NCBI GenBank assembly: GCA_947084985.1
Contig: CAMTUI010000026.1
Span: forward strand, 508-64,507
Direction: 5' to 3'
Origin: Methanobacteriota archaeon
GTDB lineage: Archaea > Thermoplasmatota > Thermoplasmata > RBG-16-68-12
Length of the DNA stretch: 64,000 nucleotides
The notes beneath the pieces were generated by a model. That model made no database searches. It was not told the DNA's origin and worked only from the letters and a program-made list of their open reading frames with translations. Below, one piece after another: positions 8,821-16,016 of this stretch (positions are counted from its first letter, which is position 1; every line of letters starts with the position of its first letter). Both the position numbers and the translations under genes were made by a program.

Positions 8821-8997
8821 CTAAGCGCGCCTGTCTCCCCCTTCCCCCTTTTGCGCCTTGAATCTTGCCGAGTCCAGGTCGAGTTCGAAGTCCTCTTCCT
8901 TGACTTCGCTCGGGGTAAAGACCTTGCCGGCCTCAAACTCTAGCTTCTTTTCCTGCTTCTTCCGCTTCTTCGGCTTTTCCTCAACCTGCTGTGGCAT
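8821..8997 (-). CDS. Pup/UBact-like small protein (58 aa), not in the ORF track
   Basis: Hand translation gives MPQQVEEKPKKRKKQEKKLEFEAGKVFTPSEVKEEDFELDLDSARFKAQKGEGGDRRA. The ATG at 8997 overlaps the stop of the upstream ligase gene by 17 nt. The acidic helix plus 'FKAQKGE' resembles the Pup C-terminus 'YVQKGGQ/E'. Confidence 0.6.
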   Translation of the reverse strand: MPQQVEEKPKKRKKQEKKLEFEAGKVFTPSEVKEEDFELDLDSARFKAQKGEGGDRRA

Positions 8998-10279
8998 AGG
9001 CCGCCTCCAGTTTCGTGGCGTATGGATCCAGAAGATCGATACGCCGCCGCGTCCCGTCGTTCACGATGACCATCGACCAATCAATCATCTCGATATCGAA
9101 GGTGTCGCACAGCTCCCGTCGCAGGTGTGCTCGGGTGTCTTCCGGCGGCTCGTGGATCGCGTCCTTGATCGCCTCGTCGTCCGTGATCCGGTCGATGAGC
9201 CCGGCCCGTTGTCGCTTGTAGAACAACGAGCGCTCCGCCCCGATCTCCGAATACTGCTTGCAGGCCATCATCTCGACGTCCGACCCGGACTTCTTCTCCA
9301 CGGCCTCCTGGATCGCGAAGTATCGATCGAGCCACTCGACGCGCCGCGCCGCGTCCTTCGAGCGCCGGTTCTCGAGATCGTCGAGGACCTCTTCGAGGAT
9401 TCGCAGCGCCCTGCGTTCGCGGTGATCCTCCGCAAGCGGCTCGATCTTCCCCAAGTAGTACCGCTGGATGTCGACCGGCGACACGACGGATCCGTCCTCG
9501 AGTTCCACCCGCCATTGCTCCGGGTTCCGCGTCTCGACATTGCGCCAGAGGTCCTTCACCGGGTCCTTCAGGCGAGGCACATCGTCGAGTTGTCCGGCCT
9601 CCATGAGCTGCAAGATAGCGGAAGTCGTGAAGTGGCGGAGCATGATGGCGGTTTCGTTCATCAGCGCGTCGCCGACGATCACGTGGAGCCGACGCCATAC
9701 GCGGCCATCCGCATGGGGCTCGTCCCGCGTGTTCAGGATCCCCGTGTCGTGCATTGTCTCTCCGCTGATCACCTGGGAGGTCAGGAACGCCATCGGCGAC
9801 AGCACGTACTTGCCGCGGACGATGTCCCCCGCGCCGGTGTAGATGAACCGCGTGGCGAGATGCGGAACGAGCTCGCGGATGAAGCGCTGCGGGAACGCGA
9901 CGTCCCGCGACACGCAGTAGTTCTCGTGGGATCCGTAGGACGTCCCGTCGGGTGAGGTGTTGTTCTTGAAGGCGTGGATCTTCGTCTCCGAGGAGATGTA
10001 CTTCTCCTCCATGACGCGCCGAAGCCAGTCCAGGACCTTCTCCCCGGCCTTCTCCCAGACCACGACGTCGTGGAAGTTCGTCGTCTCCGCCGTGCTGACC
10101 TCGAAGTGCCCGACGTCGTAGTAGACGCGGGAGCCGTTCGTGATGAACTCGCCCGCGAGGTGGAGGTCCGATTCCCGCAAGAGGTCGAGGGCCATCATGT
10201 GGGGATCGAACCCCATCGTGCCCATCTTGCGGCAGTACAGCGTGTACTCGTGCTCGGTCCCCTGGATCATCTTCTTCAT
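8981..10279 (-). CDS. PafA/Dop-family Pup ligase/deamidase homologue (carboxylate-amine ligase fold)
   Basis: Motifs line up with PafA: 'GTEHEY' (GIETEF), 'NGSRVYYDVGHFEVSTAE', 'FKNNTSPDGTSYGSHENY' and 'LNTRDEPHADGRVWRRLHVIVGDALMNE'. It is 432 aa, and I saw no long Dop-type loop. Confidence 0.85.
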   Translation of the reverse strand: MKKMIQGTEHEYTLYCRKMGTMGFDPHMMALDLLRESDLHLAGEFITNGSRVYYDVGHFEVSTAETTNFHDVVVWEKAGEKVLDWLRRVMEEKYISSETKIHAFKNNTSPDGTSYGSHENYCVSRDVAFPQRFIRELVPHLATRFIYTGAGDIVRGKYVLSPMAFLTSQVISGETMHDTGILNTRDEPHADGRVWRRLHVIVGDALMNETAIMLRHFTTSAILQLMEAGQLDDVPRLKDPVKDLWRNVETRNPEQWRVELEDGSVVSPVDIQRYYLGKIEPLAEDHRERRALRILEEVLDDLENRRSKDAARRVEWLDRYFAIQEAVEKKSGSDVEMMACKQYSEIGAERSLFYKRQRAGLIDRITDDEAIKDAIHEPPEDTRAHLRRELCDTFDIEMIDWSMVIVNDGTRRRIDLLDPYATKLEAAYATAG

Positions 10280-10282
10280 GCA

Positions 10283-11842
10283 TCACCCGACCATCGGATC
10301 CGCACCGGTCCGGAAGACCTCGCGCTGCCGCTTCTCGTACACGTACATCTCCGTGATCGCGTGCTCCTTGCACTCCTCGTCGATGGCCATCTCGAAGTCC
10401 CGCAGGCTCAGGCCCTCCTTCTTCCGGTCGGACTTCTTCAGGAGAATGACCCGCTTCACGAAGTTCTTCTTCGCCGTGGTGACGATGGCCTCGATGATCG
10501 CGCCCGAGATGATGTCCTTGCGCTTCACGGTCTTGATCGCTTCCTTCGCCTCGGCGTCGAGCTTCACCCTGACCCACTTGTTCTCTCCGTAGAGCTCGTC
10601 CAAGACGAACTTGCGGAGAGTGTCGATTGCCTCCGAGCGGCCGCCGTACTGCTGCTCCAGCTCGGATGCAACGGGGAGCTCCTCGTTCAGGTAGATCCGC
10701 AGGATCTCCTCGGCCGCCATGCGCTCGGGCCGCGGGATCTCGATGATCTCGTCGAAGCGGCCCGGCCGCAGCAGGGCGGGGTCCACGAGGTCCGCGCGGT
10801 TCGTCGCTCCAATCACGAAGACATCGTGGAGCTTGATGAGCCCGTCCATCTCGCTCAGGATCTGCGCGATGATGTTCTTGTGCACGCCCGACGTGTCCAT
10901 CATGCCACGCACGGTGAAGAGGGCCTCGATTTCATCGAAGAAGACGATGCTCGGCTTCTTCTCGTGGGCCTGGCGGAAGATCTCCTTGATGATCCGCTCC
11001 GACTCCCCGACCCACTTCGAGAGGACATCCGCGATGCTGACGTTGAAGAACGTCATGTCGTTCTCCGTCGCGATCGCCTTCACGAGCAGCGTCTTGCCGC
11101 AGCCCGGAGGACCGTACAGGAGGATGCCGCGTGGCGCCTCGAGATTGATCTGCTGGAACAGCTTGGCCTCCTGGTACGGGAGGACGACGACGTCCTTAAT
11201 CCGCTCGATCGCCTCCATCAGCCCTCCGATCTGGCCGTACGTCACGTTCGGCTTCTCGCCGAGCAGGAGGGATTTGACCTCGAGGTTCGGCAAGATATCG
11301 AGGACCTCCATCGTGGGAGGGAGGACGCTGATCTGGAATCCCGGCTTGAGCTTCTTGTAGACACCCTTCTCGCAATCGATCAGCCGCTTCTCCATGTCGC
11401 CCTCGACGGAGATCACGAGCTTGCCGTCCATCATGTCGGCGACCTTCGCGATCACGCCTTCGTTCCGCACGGGAGAGCCTTCGACGATCGCGTAGGTCTG
11501 CGGGTGGACCCACACATACTGACCGACCCCGAGCTGCGCCTTCTCGACGAGACCGGTGGAGACCTTGAGCAGTTCCGTCGCGCGCGCGACGACCACCTGG
11601 TTCCCGTCGAGGTCCGGTCCCTCCTTGCGCACGACGTACGCGTAGAGGAGCGGCGGCTGCTTGATCTTGTTGAACTTGTCCTCGTACGCCTTCAGGCGGT
11701 ACTCACGCTCCTCGATCTCGTATCGGAAGGAATGGAGATCGCGTTCGTACTGTCGGCGCAGGCGGTCCATTTTCTCCTCGAACTCGTCGCGCACTTCGTC
11801 CGCAGACTTCGACGCCTTTCCATCGCCTTCGTCGCTCGCCAT
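10283..11842 (-). CDS. Mpa/ARC-type AAA+ ATPase (proteasome-associated-ATPase-like)
   Basis: It has an N-terminal coiled coil and an OB-like region, plus Walker A 'GILLYGPPGCGKTLL' and Walker B 'IVFFDEIE'. The post-AAA segment 'ILRIYLNEELPV...ISGAIIEAIVTTAKKNFVKRVIL' parallels Mpa 'IYSKYLTEFLPV...[22 protein letters not shown]'. Its stop lies 3 nt before the ligase ATG. Confidence 0.85.
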   Translation of the reverse strand: MASDEGDGKASKSADEVRDEFEEKMDRLRRQYERDLHSFRYEIEEREYRLKAYEDKFNKIKQPPLLYAYVVRKEGPDLDGNQVVVARATELLKVSTGLVEKAQLGVGQYVWVHPQTYAIVEGSPVRNEGVIAKVADMMDGKLVISVEGDMEKRLIDCEKGVYKKLKPGFQISVLPPTMEVLDILPNLEVKSLLLGEKPNVTYGQIGGLMEAIERIKDVVVLPYQEAKLFQQINLEAPRGILLYGPPGCGKTLLVKAIATENDMTFFNVSIADVLSKWVGESERIIKEIFRQAHEKKPSIVFFDEIEALFTVRGMMDTSGVHKNIIAQILSEMDGLIKLHDVFVIGATNRADLVDPALLRPGRFDEIIEIPRPERMAAEEILRIYLNEELPVASELEQQYGGRSEAIDTLRKFVLDELYGENKWVRVKLDAEAKEAIKTVKRKDIISGAIIEAIVTTAKKNFVKRVILLKKSDRKKEGLSLRDFEMAIDEECKEHAITEMYVYEKRQREVFRTGADPMVG

Positions 11843-12128
11843 CTGTGGATCACCGCGTGCGTATGCCCGCGAGTCGGCTGGGAATCAGGAGCATCTGCTC
11901 TTCGGACGGAAGTCCATGGAACAAGATGCGGCCTCGTCCCATCCCTTGTTAGAAAGTGGCATCCTGAATTAAAGCTTTTGTTATCGGTATTGAGCCTGCG
12001 ACGAACCAAGTTCCGCTGCGCTCTGCTGACGGATGTGCGCCTCCGTTAAACGCCCGCGCGACATCCGAGCGCGCAGACGTGTTTGTAGTAGCAATAAGAC
12101 CAAAAAGGGAGGCGCCGGTCCGCGGAGC

Positions 12129-12710
12129 GTGGAAGGCCTCGTCCCCTTCGCGGCCGCGCTCGGTCTTATCGTCGTCCTAGAACTCGGGGACAAGACGCAA
12201 CTCGCGACGATCTCCCTCGCGTCGCGCCACCCGTGGCCGCCGGTCCTACTTGGCGCGGCGACCGGATTGATCCTCGTGACGGCGATCGGGTCGGCCGCTG
12301 GGCTCCTGCTCGCGGAGCTCCTGAGGGACTGGATCTTCGCGATCAAGATCGGAGGCGGTCTCCTCTTCATCGCGTTCGGCGTCGCGAGCTACCGGCACCA
12401 GGAGCGGGAGGCAGCCGACGAGAGGGCGAGACCGCGGGGTGCCTTCCTCACGGCGTTCACGATGAACGCCGTGGCGGAACTCGGCGACAAGACGCAGCTC
12501 GCCGTGATCATCCTGGTCGCGTCGACGGGGGCGCCCCTGAGCGTGTTCGCGGGCGCGAGCGTTGGTCTGACGGCCGTTGCCGGGGCGAGCGTTGCCATCG
12601 GCACGTGGCTCGCGCGAATCTTGCACACCGACCGCATGCGCGTCGCGTCCACGCTGCTGTTCATCGCGGCGGGGGTCCTCCTCATCGTCGAGGCGCTCAT
12701 CACAGGTTGA
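12129..12710 (+). CDS. GDT1/TMEM165 (UPF0016) family cation transporter
   Basis: Two 'ELGDKTQL' (E-x-G-D-K-T) motifs sit within hydrophobic segments. I chose the start at GTG 12129 (VEGLVPFAAALG), because the listed N-terminus is Arg-rich and non-membrane. Confidence 0.8.
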   Translation: MEGLVPFAAALGLIVVLELGDKTQLATISLASRHPWPPVLLGAATGLILVTAIGSAAGLLLAELLRDWIFAIKIGGGLLFIAFGVASYRHQEREAADERARPRGAFLTAFTMNAVAELGDKTQLAVIILVASTGAPLSVFAGASVGLTAVAGASVAIGTWLARILHTDRMRVASTLLFIAAGVLLIVEALITG

Positions 12711-13856
12711 TCACGCCAGACCGTGAATCGGGAAGAGCGTGCGGCGGATCTCATCGACCGTGCGCTTCGCCTGTCGGGGCACATGGGCGTCCTCGTCCGC
12801 TCGCTCATGGTCGCGGAGGGACTTGTCCGCCGGCACGGAGCCGACGAGCTGGTTGCACTCCCGCAGCCATTCCGCGGGGATCGCGTCCTCGAGGTTCGCG
12901 CCGACCATCTTGGAGAACAGGAGAGTCCAGACCCGGGGGACCGCGGTCAGGTCGTAACCGCCTCCCGCCACGGCGATCCAGCGTCCGCCGCACAGTTCCG
13001 TCGAGAGGCCGTCGAGGATCCGGCCCACGGCCTCGTACGTCTCCGTCGTGAGCATGAGGTGGGTGAGCGGGTCCATGTGGTGCCCGTCGGCCCCGAGCTG
13101 GCTCACGATGACTTCCGGTTGGAACGCGCGGGCAAGGGGCGGGACAATTTCTTGGAACGCGTAGAGATAGGATACGTCGCGCGTGTACGGCGGCAGGGGC
13201 ACGTTCACGGAGAAGCCCCGTCCGGGGCCCTCGCCGATTTCGTCCGCGAACCCGCTGCCGGGGAACAGGTAGTGGCCGTCCTCGTGGAGGGAAATCGTCA
13301 TGACGCGCGGGTCCTCGTAGAAGATCGCCTGGACGCCGTCGGCATGGTGCGCGTCGACGTCGACGTACAGGATGCGCTTGAGCCTGAATTCCTCCAAGAG
13401 GGATGCGATGCCGATTGCCACGTCGTTGAGGATGCAGAACCCGCTCGCCTTGTCGCGCATCGCGTGATGGAATCCGCCGCCGAGGTTGAACGCCCGCACG
13501 TGGCGGCCCGACACGACCTCTTCGCATGCGCGGGCCGTCGCGCCGACCTGGAGGGCCGCGGCCTCGTACATGCCCGCGAAAACGGGATTGTCCGCGGTCC
13601 CGAGTCCGTGCTCGTACGACGTGCCCGAAGGATCCGCGCTGAGCTTCCGCACAATCCCGAGGTATTCGGGCGAGTGAACGCGCAGGATCGCGGCGTCGCC
13701 GGCCGGCGCGGGCCGTAACTCGTCCACGCCGTCGCGAATCAAGCCGTACGAAGCGATTAGGTCCCGCGCGAGCTTGAGCCGGACCTCCCGCAACGCGTGC
13801 TCTTTCCCGAAATCGTATCGGAGAAACTCGTCGTGGTACAGGAGGGCGGCCCGCAC
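12711..13856 (-). CDS. Histone deacetylase-family enzyme (AcuC/acetoin utilisation or acetylpolyamine amidohydrolase type)
   Basis: Contains 'GGGFHHAMRDKASGFCILNDVAIG' and 'YVDVDAHHADGVQ'. Confidence 0.85.
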   Translation of the reverse strand: MRAALLYHDEFLRYDFGKEHALREVRLKLARDLIASYGLIRDGVDELRPAPAGDAAILRVHSPEYLGIVRKLSADPSGTSYEHGLGTADNPVFAGMYEAAALQVGATARACEEVVSGRHVRAFNLGGGFHHAMRDKASGFCILNDVAIGIASLLEEFRLKRILYVDVDAHHADGVQAIFYEDPRVMTISLHEDGHYLFPGSGFADEIGEGPGRGFSVNVPLPPYTRDVSYLYAFQEIVPPLARAFQPEVIVSQLGADGHHMDPLTHLMLTTETYEAVGRILDGLSTELCGGRWIAVAGGGYDLTAVPRVWTLLFSKMVGANLEDAIPAEWLRECNQLVGSVPADKSLRDHERADEDAHVPRQAKRTVDEIRRTLFPIHGLA

Positions 13857-13949
13857 GCATCCCGAAACGCGGTTGCGACACTTAAAAGGAACCGCGCGTC
13901 GCTCGGCGGCCGCGACTATTATCTGATTTCCTGAATGAAAGATGAGGGT

Positions 13950-14560
13950 TCAGAGCAGCCAGCCACCCGTGACGCCGATCACGTCGCCCGTGACGAACTC
14001 CGCCTCGTCGGAGACGAGGAACAAGACAGCCGACGCGACGTCTGCACCGGTGCCCGACCGACCAACGGCGGTCTGCGAATCCTTCCGCCGGCGTGCGGCG
14101 GAGGGACGGAGATCGGGATCCTCGATGATGCCGGGAGAGACGACGTTCACTGTGATGCCATGGCGGCCGACCTCCCGCGCGAGAGACTTCGTGAACGCGA
14201 CGATTCCCGCCTTTGCGGCGTAGAACGCGGACATGTCCGCGGACCCGTGGGCCCGGTAGGCGCCGGCGGCGCCGAGGTTCACGATGCGCCCCCACGCATT
14301 GCGGCGCATATGCCTCGCCGCGTATTTCGAGCAGAGGAACGTGCTTGTGAGATTCGAATCGAGGATGCGACGCCAGGTCGCGAGGTCCATCGTCTCGACC
14401 GGCTTGACGACTCACTCTCCCACGTTGTTCACGAGGATGTCGAGCCGACCGAAGGACCGTGGCCCGGCGTGCCGCCTGGAGAGCCGCCCGTCCAGCCGCC
14501 GTCTGAGCCTTCGCAGCCCCCGCCGCAGCCCCCGTCGGCACCCTAGCCGGGGCGACTCGA
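13950..14560 (-). pseudogene. Short-chain dehydrogenase/reductase remnant (in-frame TGA, N-terminal Rossmann motif missing)
   Basis: The C-terminal 146 aa are intact ('SADMSAFYAAKAG' carries S...YxxxK). Upstream, in the same frame, the sequence reads '...FGRLDILVNNVGE-TGA-VVKPVETMDLATW'. No TGxxxGxG appears in any of the three minus-strand frames I translated between 14415 and about 14650. Confidence 0.55.
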
Positions 14561-14880
14561 GGGCGTTCGCTCGGTCGTCGAGCAACGAAAAGAAGGGGCC
14601 ACCCGGCAGGCCGGGCGGATGGAATACTGGAAAAGAGGTTACTGGCGCTCGCTCGCGGTCAGGCGGACGGACTTGACGGAGACATCGTCGCGCCGGACGA
14701 GGAGACGCGTGAGACTGGGCAGGATGAGAGGCAGCATCGAAGCACCTCCTCCGGCTCAGCGGTTGAAGGAGAAGCGGGGCGCGACCGAATACCAGGCGAG
14801 CGCTCCGGGCGTCTCCTTCAGGACCTTCCGGGATTCCTTCACGATCTTCGTGAGTTTCACATTATCACATCGTTTTGATG

Positions 14881-14946
14881 CTATCGAAACGGACTAATTG
14901 GAGGGTTCTATTTAAATATATCGATGATGATAACACGTTTCGATAG
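14881..14946. promoter_or_regulatory. 11-bp perfect inverted repeat (CTATCGAAACG ... CGTTTCGATAG) flanking an AT-rich box upstream of the ArsR-family gene
   Basis: Read directly from the sequence. The arms are at 14881..14891 and 14936..14946, and 'TATTTAAATATAT' lies between them. The right arm ends 20 nt before the GTG at 14966. Confidence 0.5.
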
Positions 14947-14965
14947 AATCGAATGAGGCCGTCGC

Positions 14966-15553
14966 GTGCCTGACCAGGCACCGGAAGCGGCGGGGACCCC
15001 GCCGCATGTCGTCGTCACGATCGACCAGCTGAAGGTCCTCAGCGAGGCATCGCGCCTCCGGATCCTGACCCTCCTCATGGACCGCGACATGTCGATCTCC
15101 GGCATCGCCAAGGCCCTCGACCTGAGCCCGGCGACCGTCCACCACCACGTGACCCAGCTCCTCCAGGCAAACCTGATCGTGCCGACGAAGAGCGAGGTCC
15201 GCGGGAACCTCGTCGAGAAGTACTATCGCATCCCCGCGACGGGAATCGACTCGAGCACGATTTGGGACCAGCTGAGCGATGCGGACAAGGTGAACTATCG
15301 CCTCGCGGTCCTCGGCCTGCTGAAGGGGCTCGTGAACGAATCGATTAAGCGGATCCAGGCAAGGGGGACGGTCGACTTCGAGGTCGGGCGGCTATACTTC
15401 TACCACATCCCTTGGCGAAAGGACGCGATCCAGCAGGCGTGGGAAATCATCGAGGAGGCCCGCCGAAAGCTCGAGCGGCTGGAGGCGAAGGCGAAGACCC
15501 AAGGCGAACCGGGGGACGAAGTGATGGCCCTCTTCACCCTGTTACCCGTCTAA
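14966..15553 (+). CDS. ArsR/SmtB-family winged-helix transcription regulator
   Basis: Contains 'LKVLSEASRLRILTLLMDRDMSISGIAKALDLSPATVHHHVTQL'. Confidence 0.85.
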   Translation: MPDQAPEAAGTPPHVVVTIDQLKVLSEASRLRILTLLMDRDMSISGIAKALDLSPATVHHHVTQLLQANLIVPTKSEVRGNLVEKYYRIPATGIDSSTIWDQLSDADKVNYRLAVLGLLKGLVNESIKRIQARGTVDFEVGRLYFYHIPWRKDAIQQAWEIIEEARRKLERLEAKAKTQGEPGDEVMALFTLLPV

Positions 15554-16016
15554 GCGGTCGTCACGCGTAATCGCCGCGGATCAGCTTCGTGACATACGGC
15601 GTGAGGATGCGCGCAAGGCCCATGTCTCCGTCCCAGTCATCGAGCAGGTCCCAGTGGTGGTCCTCCATGTCATTGATGCAGCGCTCGATCTGCCCGGTCC
15701 AGGTCGCCGTCCCGTCCCCCTCGATCCGCGCTGCGAGGACGAGCCACTTGCCGCGGCTGCAGTTGGCGAGACAATCAGGAGCGTCGCATAGGACGACACG
15801 ACGATCGCCAGGCGAGGCCGAGGCTTCGCCATGGGCGGATCAGATGATGGGCGTGGATCGGCCAGGTGTAACTCCGAACGGTGCGCGTGCCGTGCTCAGT
15901 GGCGGTCCGGATTATATCTGGAGAAATCCCGCGCATGATTCCGTTATTGCCCGCGACAACGCATGCCACGGTCCTACCAGCCAACGTTCATTAGCTGAGC
16001 CGAAGTACGCCCCGCG

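Noticed and set aside
9974-12049. A 691-aa ORF on the plus strand, together with 9081..10577(-) at 498 aa and 8858..9955(+) at 365 aa, overlapping the ATPase and ligase genes.
   Set aside because: The composition is D/L/R/V/H-rich junk, typical of the antisense or off-frame reading of E/K-rich genes in high-GC DNA. There are no motifs. The minus-strand frames carry unmistakable AAA+ and PafA/Dop signatures.
11843-12128. Longer intergenic gaps (11843..12128, 15554..16016, 20806..20936, 37263..37507, 58826..59038) inspected for tRNA, rRNA or other structured RNA genes.
   Set aside because: I could not find cloverleaf-compatible acceptor/T-arm pairings or rRNA-like conserved blocks by eye. These gaps look like promoter/UTR regions with AT-rich boxes. 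A covariance-model scan would be needed to exclude small ncRNAs.
14412-14414. The in-frame TGA in the SDR read as selenocysteine or another recoding event.
   Set aside because: The position is not a catalytic residue in SDRs. The upstream part of the gene has also lost its Rossmann motif and reading frame, so simple decay is the more economical explanation. I could not evaluate a SECIS-like structure by eye.
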